64,000 bases of DNA from Fimbriosthenelais zetlandica (lineage: Eukaryota): NCBI GenBank assembly GCA_977030845.1, contig OZ365118.1, positions 16,864,001 to 16,928,000 on the forward strand, given 5' to 3'. Shown here piece after piece: positions 25,401 to 38,769 of the stretch. Under the pieces are notes generated by a model. That model was not told where the DNA came from. It ran no database searches and saw nothing but the letters and a program-made list of their open reading frames with translations. Position 1 is the first letter of the stretch; each line of letters starts with the position of its first letter. The position numbers and the translations under genes are program-made.

Positions 25401-27689
25401 AGATTAATTTCTTGGTCTCCTTGCCACTCTGTTTTCCTCCTGGCAACTAGTTTCTTATTGGAGCAGAAATAACCGTTGATCTTGAGGACAATTGGTTGAA
25501 TGTAAGAGGTCAGTCCCAACCCTGGACTTCATCAGTCGACGGCAGACCTCCCTGACCCCATCCTTAAACAACTCATGCAGGAGTCTACACTTTATGTCTG
25601 TCATGCTGAGTTGTTACTCTGGAAAATGGGCTGTTTTTCCTCCTTGAAAAATGAGATGTGTGTGCCTGATATGAGAGGCATGTTGCAGATGAGAGGCATA
25701 CACCATAATAGCAGATGCATATCCCAGATAAAGTCAGTCTTCATGTATCATCTTCTAAGTTACTACTTTTACAATTTGCTCAAAGTATCAGCCTTAGGAA
25801 CTTCACTCGACCTGGATAGTTATTCACTGGACATCACTGACCTGGGTCCATTCACTCTCTCCTTAGACTTTCTCTTTAACCCATACATCCTATATACCCG
25901 ACTCCCATTGCCGATAACAATGAATCCATTATTATGAAAAAAAGAAATAAATCGCAAAACTATTCTAATAACTAGCGATATACGCCACCTGTGCCAGATT
26001 ACCTTTCACAACTGTATGTTGCATGGGAATAGCACAGATTGCATGTGGAGTACCTTAGGTCTCTTCACAGAGCAATTCCACTCCCACAGAGGAAGAAAAA
26101 GGAGGTGTTGGCTTTCACAATCCCAGTCTGCGGATTAATAATGATGGATTGTACCGGCGAATCGGGACTAGTTTTTGTCGCGCAAGCATTTCCCAGCAGG
26201 AGTCTCTGAACGGATGCAAATACCGTCAAGGAGGAGGAGCGGTGAATCTCCCTCAAATCCGCATGTTTCATTCAATAATGGTTATTTTCCACATTCAATT
26301 ATCCAGAATTTACGCCTTGAAAAATAGCTGGAGAGATGGTGCTTGAGCTGTCACTGGGAATGACACTGCCTTCGGTAAGGGTTTGAGCGAGTGTTGACAG
26401 TGCATTTTTTGTATCTTCTTCAGGTTGTAGGGTTGTAGCGTAGGGATTCAGTGAGTGATATTACCATCTAAAACACATATATGGATCTTCTCAAGGAACT
26501 ACGTATAGAATAACATACTCATATTTGTTTCTCAGGAATGTTATAGGAGGTCCTTTAGTTTGTGTCTGAGCTATTATGATCCATGAATTCATTGCAAACA
26601 CAGCTCACAATAGCGCAGTTGCTGCACAATGGTTGTAGAATATTTAGGGTAATTATCTAAAAATGTCCATTGGATGACTGTAGAAGACTCCTGTAAATGC
26701 CTTACATCCCCTGTCATGGCCAATCATACAGATCCTGCTCGGTTTTATCCCTTCTACCATTATCACACTCAGAGGTGTCTCCTCCGTTAATCCAGTTACC
26801 TTATATCAGTGGAATTGACCTTTTTTTCTAGAAATGAATCCATACTGCAGGAATAATCCTGTTGTGTTCCACATGTGCAGCCGACCTTTTTGAATCCTGG
26901 TTCTATGAAAAAGTATCATACTGTGCTATATTTAAATTGACAGTTGCAATTAAGCTAGTGGTGCACTTGGAATGGAGAGATACCAGGCTGTAAAAGAATA
27001 TTCCCAACATGCTCCACATACTATTGTTCATCTGATACATTTTTAGACGGAGCCAGGCCCGAGGTTGACCCACTTCTGTCGTACCAAGGGAGATACTTTT
27101 AATGCATATTAAAGTGCGTTATGAACATTGTCAAAACTCGTGACATTTTCTCATTAACTTGCTTATACGATACCCTACATTATACAATAGAACATATAGG
27201 GGGTGAATCCCCTATATATGTTTAACATTCTTTTGTATTTTTTGTACCAATCTTGAATTAATGACACATTAATCTGATCAGGAATCGAGATAAAAGGCTC
27301 CGCTTGATTACATATAGCTTCTCTTGCACTTTTTCCAAAAGCATTGCCTGAAAAAAGTGCTAAATGGCATGACATCCTTTTCTGCTCATTTCAAGCTTGA
27401 GATGGTCTCATCTCGCCGCAGTGTTCTCTCTGGGAGAGAGAGTGGTTCCATCACCGGTGCGGTGTACTGGCCATCGCTGCATTACTTCCCTGGTGTTTCT
27501 TCCACTAATCAGGGAACCAGAGCCAGGCAAGCCAAGTGAAGGTGAAGGCAATGCCTTGCGCTGTCACAACCAGATGTTTTGTTCGATCACTCGATGGCCA
27601 TGCCCAGGGGCTAAATGCCTTCTTTTTGCACTGCTTCCTTTTCTTCTTCCACCCAAAACCTACCGACCAAACCCAACCACCAATACCAA

Positions 27690-27790
27690 CATCCTATCCC
27701 CACTAGCAACTATACCTATCCCCACCACCAACAACCTATCCCCACCACCAACAACCTATCCACACCAACAACCACCTATCCCACCAACAC
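27690..27790. repeat. Imperfect ~20-bp minisatellite (AACAACCTATCCCCACCACC), about 5 copies
   Basis: Directly visible tandem units. It explains the Pro/Thr-rich ends of ORFs 27397 and 27615. Confidence 0.8.
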
Positions 27791-30700
27791 CTTGCGGTAG
27801 TGTTGCAAGCCAAATCGCAGCAGTGGAATCCAGGCTTAATACACATTTCCGTTGGTCAGCCTCATCAGGGTCTCCCATGAGAGAAATCCATGCAACAGTA
27901 GTTTTTTTTCCTGCCATCCATTGACCTGCTTCCTCGGAAGCTACACAGTTAGCAATAGTCGGTAGCAGGGAGATAACATTGGAATGGATGAAGCCCGGTG
28001 TGTAGCAGGTTATTTCATCTTTGTTTATTGCTGATTCCCGCGCTTCACTGCTTTCTGTATCAGAGTCTTAAGACAGAAGCAGGCACCACCACAGGGGTAT
28101 AAGGCGGCTAGCACGGGGTCGAGCGTGACACTATTAAAAGTACTGGCTGGAGATCTTTTGAGTTATGCTCAGCCGGAAATTGATCACACCACACGGAGAA
28201 CGCATGAGCAGCATAAATATTTATCGATATCAACAAGAAATCTATTGCTCGAAGCGCTATGGTCCGACTTAGGACCCAGTGCATTGCACTCTCCGAGGCG
28301 ATTGAATCGGCCGTTTTTATTCTTTCCTCTCATTCCTTCTGATCTGAACTCGTAGTATCCACATGAATGAGTCCAGTTCCTTCCGAAAAGAACTGGAGCA
28401 ATGCAGGCATGAATTATGAACCCTTTCCAGCTTTGTTGGTATGATCGATTTGCTCTTTTGAGGATTATTTGAATGTGACCCTCGACCTGCGTCTCCCGCC
28501 TTGACTCGTGTGCTCGTCTTTTATACTTTCTCTCTGCCCACAAGGTAGATCTAACAAGACCCGTGCACGCTACATTCTGTTTTCTACTATTTTATTACGA
28601 GCCCCTCCAGCGGTCCCACTCCCTCGTAAATTACACAGTAGGAGCGCATTACCACCACCAGCTGAGTCGTTATCAAAATGTTTTCCTATTATTCTAGCAT
28701 GAGAGATCTTCCCTTGAGAATATTTTAATGAAACACAGAATGGAAAAGGGTCTGGATCAATGGACTTTGCTGTGTTAAAAATATAAAGAGCTAGATCGCA
28801 GCAAATCATGTTTAACCATTCTATCTAAGCAGATTAGATCTGAGTTGAGTTGCAGTCTTGATAATTGGAATGTTAATAGTTATTTGAAATCATAGGATTA
28901 ACAAATTGTGAGCAATTCGGAGTCTAGTTGATGTTGAGAACCAATGTCCTTACTTAAGCAGTTTCCTTTTGTTGCAAGCAATGGAGTAAGAACTGCTGGA
29001 TTGCTTGCTATCTATTTAAATTATCATCTTTAGCCCTGACCTTTTTCTTAGAGAAGAAAATACGTTTAATGAGATCACTAATGTCATTAAAATCTAATGA
29101 ACCTTATGCATTCATTTTCCCCTAGAGATGGTACTTGAGCACAGTATATTATTGTCTTTGCTCAGTTCATGCCAAGCAGTTAGAAGGAACAGTAAATTGT
29201 TTCTGGCATGCTAAGGAGCCGGGACAATGAGTTTTGGATATATTACATCCTCGCATGCAAGACATTATAAAGTTAGCTCTGTGTTTAAATTACACGGAGC
29301 AACTGAACACAACACTGTTTTCTTGTTGCGTGAAAGCAAATGAAGCTACAATTCTTTCATTTATAAAGCCACAATTCTTAACCCTAACATTTTACTTATT
29401 TGTATTTTATTTCGATATCTGTAAACACTAAACCATATGTCTTGCAGTGAACAAAAGATTAATGCATATAGTGATATATACCTCACACAAAGTGAATTTA
29501 CGCAGAAGAATTTCCCCCACATAAGAATCAAACAGTTATCAATTTATGATCGTTACTTCCGAGATATTGCCATTGTCTCTCCCTGCGAGGGGGTCTCAAA
29601 GGACGAACCATAAAAACCGCGCTCAATTTCCCAATGGCCGAGTACCTCATAGACTAAGTGCCACTTTTGATTTCTCAATAGATCTATAGAACGATACGGT
29701 CTTCATAAAGGAGCAGAGAGAGGTAAACATGATGCAATAGCCAGTAACGGGGACATAGGAATTCCCGTTATCCGTCTCAAACGATGGCTACAGCCACTCT
29801 ATTGCTCGTTTGTACCTCCATTATCGCTCAGTTAATCAAGCATGAGCGCCACCTATGACCCCATAATGCTTTATTTTTCCAAGCACGCTTCCGGTTTTAC
29901 ACGCCAAGCGATTTTGAGAAATACAGAGAGAGAGAGCCTTCTTCCCAGCACCAACTACTTCTACCTACTAACCCAAGATGCCATAGTGAAGGAGATAGGG
30001 GAAGGGGAAGCAGTGGCAGCCATTGAGGTTTAGTTCCGGGGATGTCTCCTAGGTGGCAGGTGTGAGGTGGGAAAACTGTCACCGTCAGAGACACACGTCG
30101 TAAATGTGGTTAAATTGCAGGTGTCTGTAGCTGAACGAAAAACGAGGCTCATTTCTTGCACATCAGGGGGGGATACTGTACCTGCATGTCCTGAATAGTA
30201 TTAACATATTGACTTGCTTCTACAGTAAATTACATCCGATGGTGTATCAAAATAGTCTCTCACTTTCCTCTCAAATGGAATGGCAATATTTCCATCAATA
30301 GACATCATAGCTCATCCAAGTATTTAGCCCAGTGAATAATCTTTTCTCAGTTAATTCCTGGTTCAAATATGATAACAGAATTTGTTCTGTTAAATTTAAG
30401 TTGCAAGTCCTTAAATATTCCATCTAAAATTGGCCTTTTTCTTCAGGACCTCTGTCATCAAGCTGATAAACTGCTCTGCAAACAAATTTCCATTAAGTAC
30501 ACCATCATTCATTCGACTAACCCGCCTTAAACTAAACCTGGCCCTTGTGTGGGTATTTTGTTATGGGAACCCATATCCTTCCCATGCTAAGACTGATAGC
30601 ATACTTAACACCATTGATGAACCCATTGTCCGGCTGACATTCAGACCACTTAGTGAAGTCAATCATTTAACCTCAATTTACTGCTCCCTAGTTTAACATC

Positions 30701-33700
30701 ACAAAGCTGACTGAGCTGAAATGACTCAGATTTGTAGCACCATTTCAAGGTACACTGACCTCACATGCTCTGCCATTCATTTGGTCATTTGTTGGCATCC
30801 AAATGTATGATTGGTCTGTGGTACTGGGGGAGGGGTATGGAGGGGGTTTAAATGGTACATTGACTTCCCCCTGTTTATAGCCCTCAATGTCCATTAAGCT
30901 TTCACATGCAACTTCATCATGACGCCAGCCCAGTCCTCAATCAGGTCTGGTGAAATGACACTCGGCCTTGTCGCCCATTACCTCGCTCCCTATCCTGCAT
31001 TGTGATGCATGTTAGGCCTGAGGTTAGTTTGCTCACTTGTGACAGGAATATTATTAGTACAAACGTGTTGTGACCGATTGGCAGGGTGATCAATCTCCCA
31101 GCATGGAAGTACAGTGGGAGGGGGAGATCTCATGGTTGTTATCGCATCGAGCTCTGACCTCACGACCCCGCCCAGGCTTGGTGACCATTGAGGGCATACA
31201 TGTAACCACTTCCTGTCCGGGCAGTGTCAAGGTCGACGTTTGACGTGGGTTATCACCTCCCTCCTCAGCTTCCCCCTCACCCCTGACCTCACCCTCATCT
31301 CTGCCTTGTAATCGCGTGGATTTGAATACGTGCCCGGACCAATCGATAGTCCAAACCACTTCAGGTCTTTGTGTGCTTGGTTTTGGTACAAGGAGAAGAA
31401 TAGCACCAGCTTATTTTGGAGGCCTTAACCTGGTCTGAAAGTAGAAGAAATATAAAGTGTTGATTGCATTGATTTTGGTGTCCATTTTGGTGGCTGTTCA
31501 GCATCATGAATGGTATATCGGTGGGGTGCTGCCTTCATTCTTTTAAATCTTGAAAACTGCTTAAAACTTTTCCTGTATCAAACGCAGCAAATGTACCATC
31601 GTCTTCAATCCACTTATTTTGCTAGCACCTGCACCAGTTAGATTAAATGTTTGTTTTATTGGAGGGAAAATATTTGTTTTAAATTCTAAAAACTTCTGAT
31701 TTATGCCTTTTATAATTGCTGTGGTGAAAATTTCATTATGATATTTTGGGCAATAATTTGGCAATGTGGGTAAAATATCAGTGGGCTTGAGGGCGGTATC
31801 ACATCTGTGATCCGCCATTGATGAAGCCATTGTTTGCCCTCAAACAGAAAACAGGCGATGCAATCATAATCATGAAAGGAATTAATTCAAAACTTTAGAA
31901 TCTTTCCCCAATCCCCGCCGATCAACAAGCATTTCATTCATTTCTATCTTTGCAAATGAATTGTTCATCATAATTAAAATTGATTCCGGGCATTAAAAAG
32001 GGGCCTGATCTGGTTTGCAGCGAGTTAATCTGAATTAAACCGGTGAAAGCTGCACTACAAAGAAAAGCCTTAAAGAAAATTTAAAACTTTGCCCAGCGGA
32101 GATGTCCTCCGTTCTACTGACATACAGTATGATCTATCTAAAAGACTGCCACAGCTGGGGAGGTTTTTAATTAAACCTTTAATTAAAACTTTCCTTTAGT
32201 TATCTTTTGTCGGTTAGATTTTTAGGTTAATTAAATCCCATCCTTTTCAATAACAACTGACTCAACTGAAAAATTCCCCGATACCTTGAAAAAAAACTCA
32301 AGGCCGAAGCATTGTTCCTGCATTGTCCATACTTGAATAGCTGACCATCTTCAGTCGCTAATGCCTTTAAAAGCAGTGCATTGTAAACAGCCAGTTTTTA
32401 TGAGTAAACGACAGTAACATACTTTGATGGGATTAAATACTGTAGAAGCCATTACATGATGACCCTGTGTCAAAAGCAAAGTTGACCAGCAAGCCTAATC
32501 CCCCCCGCCCTTAGTGCCCACTTACCCACACTATTGATCCACATGGCCGCATTAGTTGGCCCGCAGTATTGTCTAGTACCAGTGATAATGCCAGATTCTA
32601 GTAGCTTGTCCACCATGATTAGGCCAGCATCATTGGGCACTACCTTCCCCGCCTATTTGCTGTTAGCACTCAGGTAAGGGCTTGGGGGGGGGGGAGTTGT
32701 AGGGGGTAGAGCTCTGGTTGGTTGGGAGAGGTGGCCCCTAAGGGGTGGGTCGCCATTTTCTATCGGCCAAAGCCATTAGTGTATACATTGGATTTGACCC
32801 ACTAAGGCAGTTGACCATCGGTTGGCACTTTAATTCTTCATTATTTTATGCAATATTTATGCCTTAATTTTATAACTTTTAACAATGGAAATCGAATTCT
32901 AAAGATAGACAGAATTGAATTAATTGGCACTGTGGTGATTTGAAAGGACTCCTTTGAGAATCCATTGGAAAATCGGCTTAGTGTGTCTAGACCATATATA
33001 AGAGAATGCCACATAGATGGTAGATCTGACATACAGAAAAACTAAAATCCCCGCCGCAGAAACCACGTGGTTGCTAATACCAGAAGCATACTCCAGGGGG
33101 CTGTGAGGTAGGGAGATGGATGGGTTAGGATGAAGGGGGAGAGGTGAGGCGGGGGGTCAGAGCCCCCCAGCATTATAATGGATGACCTTAACAAAAGGTG
33201 GCGCTGCTGACAATATCAAGCTGTCACACGTTAGTGTACATGTGGGTGTTCACATGGGTCATCCCGACCCACATGATAAAATCTACTCATTATTCCCAAC
33301 CAAAAAATGCTTCATTTGACGCAGAATTGTCATATCCACCCAAGAGATTCGTAATGTGGTGAGCAAAAATAACTATTTACATAATGAACGTGTTTTTGTG
33401 GTTTGCTCTAGAGGCGGGGTCGTTTGTACCACAGTCACAGCTGCCAGCTTTTTACACTGCTCATAAAATGTACATGTTCCCCTAGGGGTTAGACTCCTAT
33501 TTGATCCTACCATAGTTGTGGGAGATTACGTCGCCCGAGCGGATTGCCCTGAAGCCGGGCCACCAACTGATGCCTCTTCACCTATTGTCGTGCTGGCCCT
33601 CCGTGCGGGCCCGGCTCGCTATGGCCCAACAATGGGAATTTACAATCAGCTTTAGTTCGCCAACCAGTCCCCGTCATGGTTTTATAAAATAGTCCCAACT

Positions 33701-34115
33701 GGTCGCCACCCATGTTAGATGGTCCTTTACAGATGTGTACAAGTCATTCGCTGGTTCGGATTAGTTCAGTTGTGGTTTCTTTTTAATTCCCTTTAACTCG
33801 ATCACTCTCAGTGGAGCAATATGGACATTATGGCTGTTTAAATGACATCCTTTTAAAGTTGATCTTCTATGGTATAGGTGGGCCATGGAGATGTCACCCC
33901 GCCCCCTTCAGCTGTGAATCTAAGTCACATTCATACTATTGTGAGAGAATCCAGGTAGAAGATTCAAAGCATACGTTAAGCAAGGAAGCCTAATTTTATA
34001 TCATTGTAGTCAAGGGCTGGAACTATGTTTAACTAAGTTTGAACAAGAAGAATACTGATGGAGCTTTTATCTTCATTCACCAAAAGTATTCAATTGACGT
34101 AAAGATTCAATACAA

Positions 34116-35115
34116 AATTCCCTATTTCCCATGCCTGGATATATATATGAGAATCCATGAGAGACTTGGTGGTGTTACCTCCACATCTCTCATCGCCTCT
34201 GACTTATATAAGATGACGCCCACCTCTCCCCGTGCTGGCCTAAAATAATAACCAGATTGCCGGGTGATACTATTGCCGCACCGCCCAGCGACAGAGGGTG
34301 TCGTCAGGAGGGACAAATCTAATCATGGACATGTTCTCATAGATTATATAAGGAATGAGGCTGAGGTAGAAGTGAGGAGTGGGGTGGGGGGGGGGGGGGG
34401 GGGGGGGGAAGGAGGCAGTCCTCACACCTGCCTGCTGACACTCTCTATTTACATGTGGAAGCTTGACTTCCTCACACGAATTCCCCGGAATTTTATTTTC
34501 ATTTTTTTGGCAATGATAATTGTATCAATGCTCAGTTTATTGCTGAGCATTGAGAGTGAATGAAAAAGTTATTTTAGATACTAATCCTTGTGTGGATTAG
34601 TATAAACAAAATTTATGTCTTGGAGCATTTTGAATTTGTGACTTTGCGAAAATATATAGATTATTGTCTACACTAAACTTATACCTTCCCTAGCCATAAT
34701 ACAGTCTCAACCCATGGCATCTGGAATTAAATATATCTCAATTTACTCCATACAAAGGGACAAAGGAAAGCATTATTCTGCTGGAAGTATGGGCAAGAGA
34801 GCCGCTCCTTTTAGAAGTTTCGGGGGGAGAATTCAGCAACATCAACCTGTGGTATATTCACAGGAATATTCCTCCTTTAATCTTTGTAGTTACCATGAAT
34901 CCTTTATCCCAGTATTAAGGGAGAGATTAATAATGTTAGCCAACAATCTTCCCATTGCACATTCTGCAAATCTCTGATGGAAAAAAGGACAACTGATTTA
35001 TCATGTGGCGCTGTATTCAGTCTTGCTTGGTTAGAAAGAATAAAAAAAAAACGACCACTTACATCCGCAGACACTATTGCGTCCAAGATGGCTGGTTCAT
35101 TCTTGGTAATTTAAT
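34116..35115. repeat. Tandem duplication, copy 1 (block X 34116-34644 plus block Y 34657-35115)
   Basis: X is nearly identical to 35113-35626 and Y to 38302-38769, with scattered substitutions, a different G-run length and a 9-bp indel in Y. The duplicated ORFs in the track (34122/35119, 34264/35261, 34714/38359) confirm this. Confidence 0.92.
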
Positions 35116-38100
35116 TCCCTATTTCCCATGCCTGGATATATATATGAGAATCCATGAGAGACTTTGTGGTGTTACCTCCACATCTCTCATCGCCTCTGAC
35201 TTATATAAGATGACGCCCACCTCTCCCCGTGCTGGCCTAAAATAATAACCAGATTGCCGGGTGATACTATTGCCGCACCGCCCAGCGACAGAAGGTGTCG
35301 CCAGGAGGGACAAATCTAATCACGGACATGTTCTCATAGATTATATAAGGAATGAGGCTGAGGTAGAAGTGAGGAGTGTGGGGGGGGGGGGCAGTCTTCA
35401 CACCTGCCTGCTGACACACTCTATTTACATCTCAAGGCTTGACTTCCTTACACGAATTCTCCGGAATTTTATTTTTATTTTTTTGCAATGATAATTGTAT
35501 CAATGCTTAGTTTATTGCTGGCCATTGAGAGTGAATCAGAAAGTTATTTTAGGTACTAATACTTCCTAGTTTGTGGAGATTAGTATAAACACATTTATGT
35601 CTTGAAGCATTTTGAATTTGTGACTTCAAAATCCTTCGATATATTTTCGCTTCATTGATAAACTCATGGGTGGGCTTCCCGGGGTAGGCCTACTTGATGA
35701 CAGGAAATTATACTGGGATGAAGGGCTTTCATTCCGAAAATTAAAGGAAGATGCAATGAGATGATTTAGTGGGGAGTTTATATGTGGGAGGGGCTGAGCA
35801 GGTGGTGTTGTGGACCATTTATAAAAGGTTGGTTATGAAGGAACTAATCCAACTTTTAATGACCAAGACTTCAGCAAAGGAATCAGCTCTGGTTCTCTGG
35901 TTTCTATTGGATTCCGATAAGCTGTATTTTGCTTCCATATGCTGCCTTTATGACCTTCCTTTGAAAAAGTATACAATCCGAGTGCATACCTTTGTATGTT
36001 TCCGAGATCAGACAGGGAAGTCTAGGTGGGGGTGGGTGTGGGGTAGTCCAGGATGGTAGAAGGGAATGGTTCTATGCATTGAGCATAACTCAACTTCCCA
36101 TAATAGAAGTATATTGAATCGGGCAATTAATTCAGGTAATAATATTTATACGAGCCATAACCGTAACACCATGGTAGGGATGCTATGATTATTTATGGAC
36201 AATTTGCCCCATTCGCTGAGCCCGGTATCTGAAGTATATCGATTTTAATAACACATAAACTTGTCCCTCTTCTGGAAATTGCTTCTACTATCTTTTGCAC
36301 CAATACCGGTTGCCTATGACCGCAAAATAGTATAATAGTCGGTACATAGATCCGTGCAACTACAAATGCTGTACAGCCCTAAGTAATTGCTGTTTAATAT
36401 GTTGTGTGCACCAATTAACACAGACTTTTGTTGTTCCGGTTTAAAACTGTATTGGTAAATTAGAGGGTGATGAATCTGCTAACATTTGAATTTGAATTCT
36501 AGATAAGCCCATGAATTGCTCTTTTTAAATAACCCATACCGATACTACAATTAGGACCTATTCTGGGCTCTAAACAATAGAAAACTGGGCCACCAGCTTG
36601 TATATTGGACCCCTACCCTTTCCCCTGGGTAGGGGAGTGGGAAGGCAGCCCAGCAGACTCCCTCCTGGCCCAGATTGTATAGTCAACCCTTCCCTTCCCC
36701 TTCCCACCCTCCCACTGCCTCCCCATTACTCTCACTATCCTCATACTTCCTTATTCTATTCCTCAGGCTTCCCCCAGCCCTCTCTCAAAGGCAGGAATAA
36801 ATTGCTTCCAAGCACACTAGCACGCGATGGAAAGGAAATGCCCATAGGCCTTGCTTTGCTTAAGTCAGTGGTCTGCTTTGAAGGAATCATTCCCGTATTA
36901 TGTTAGCATTATCTCCCCTGATTCCCCTATATCACATAGTTTATAGTGCCCCCGGGGGATCTAAGAAATATCAGGCCAGTATTTCTTCTATATTTCCAAA
37001 GCAATGATCCTATTACATGTCTGAAAAATCGCTTGCTTCTTGATGTATTGCCATTTTGCATTGCGATGATACGGGTTTGTGTTCGCATCTTCCCCCATGC
37101 CTCTCTAGCCTCAAGCTATTTACTCCAGGCATTAAAATGGCAATCAAGCGGTCCGTATGTTTGGAATTCATTTATACCTAATACATACAATGGTAATGAG
37201 AAAGACATTATAGTCTGGGAGTTTTATAGAGCTAGGGTTTTTGAGGGTTTGTGGCTCAATGCTATTATCTGCATTAGTCATGAGTCTTTTCATATGGTCT
37301 CCTTCCTTTGGGAATATGTTTCATTATCACGGCGTGTTCTCTAAGAATACCATTTGGATAGAAAACAACCCATGTATATTGAAGGATCTTTAGTTAAAAA
37401 CCATGGCTATATTTGGTTTTTCAAAAAAAAAAATAGTCAGAATATAAGCAAATATAGTATAGGGACTTAAGGAGTGATTTCGTGGAATTCAAAAAGGGCA
37501 CACAGTATAGAAGGCAATATAGATGAATCTTTTGAGAAGTTCCTTAGACAGAAAGGAAGGACAGGAGGACCTTAAAATCAGTGGAGACAATATACCAGGG
37601 GGAGATAGCCAGAAGGTAGCCAATGGCAACCAGCACACGTGACACTGTCCAGACCATAGGTCATAGGTCAGAAATCAGCCCCCTGGAGGAAGAAAACCAT
37701 GTCTTCCAGGCAAGCCCGGGAGCAAAAGCCAACCCCCTCCACCCCCTCTACCCCCGTCCCGTCCAGTGTTGTCATGCCCCAACCTTCACCCTATTCCTAT
37801 AGGCCACCCATGGCCCTCCATCTTCCCTTTACTTGCCTCCTTAAGGAGTGCACCCACTAATACGATTGACAACTAAAATTCTGCCTAATTTCATCCACAT
37901 TCAAATGAATGAAATTCATTCACATATTCAGAGTTGACAGTTGGATTTTGGTTGAATTTTAAGTATTTTCTCTATGGCATAACCTGTCATAACTGGTATG
38001 TTATTGGTCTATCGTGATAGTTGTTGCCCAGCTTTATTTTATACCCAGCCTCAATACGACTCCCCCAATTCCAAGTGCCCACCTACATCAGCTATGTCCT

Positions 38101-38769
38101 TCACCCCAGCCACAACCATGCCACCGCTTCAGGAATTTTATTAGCCACATATTTTGGATAAAATGGGGGAGCGTCTGTCAGAATACGAGCGCGCTGCCCC
38201 CTCGTGGCCCATTCCAAGACGTGTAAGTTTTATTTGTGGCCTGTTAGATGGGACACTGGACACAAGCGTGGCCGGCCGCTATTACTAATCAGCCTCCATA
38301 TTAGATTATTGTCTACACTAAACTTATACCTTCCCTAGCCATAATACAGTCTCAACCCATGGCATCTGGAATTAAATATATCTCAATTTACTCCATACAA
38401 AGGGACAAAGGAAAGCATTACTCTGCAGGAAGTATGGGCAGGAGAGCCGTTCCTTTTAGAAGTTTCGGGGGGAGAATTCAGCAACATCAACCTGTGGTAT
38501 ATTCACAGGAATATTCCTCCTCTAATCTTTGTAGTTATCATGAATCCTTTGTGCAAGTATTAAGGGAGAGATTGATAATGTTAGCCAACAATCTTCCCAT
38601 TGGAACCTTCTGCACATTCTGCAAATCTCTGATGGAAAAAAGGACAACTGATTTATCATGTGGCACTGTATTCAGTCTTGCTTGGTTAGAAAGAATAAAA
38701 AAAAACGACCACTTACATCCGCAGACACTATTGCGTCCAAGATGGCTGGTTCATTCTTGGTAATTTAAT
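35113..38769. repeat. Tandem duplication, copy 2 (X' 35113-35626, ~2.7 kb unique sequence, Y' 38302-38769)
   Basis: Direct comparison with copy 1. AAT microhomology at the Y|X' junction. Confidence 0.88.
37000..37185 (+). mobile_element. Possible decayed LINE ORF2 C-terminal fragment
   Basis: Translation contains SSGPYVWNSFIP, resembling the GPxxWNSLP motif at the end of CR1/L2/Jockey-group ORF2. No RT core nearby, so this is weak. Confidence 0.2.

Noticed and set aside
30735-30750. miR-29-like sequence TAGCACCATTT
   Set aside because: Only 11 nt match, and no complementary arm forms a pre-miRNA hairpin.
33192-33208. CTCF-like ACAAAAGGTGGCGCTG
   Set aside because: Only a partial match, and the same 14-mer occurs inside a gene B coding exon, which shows chance occurrence.
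33844-33882. DILLKLIFYGIGG resembling a LINE reverse transcriptase motif
   Set aside because: An isolated 13-residue match with no flanking RT motifs.
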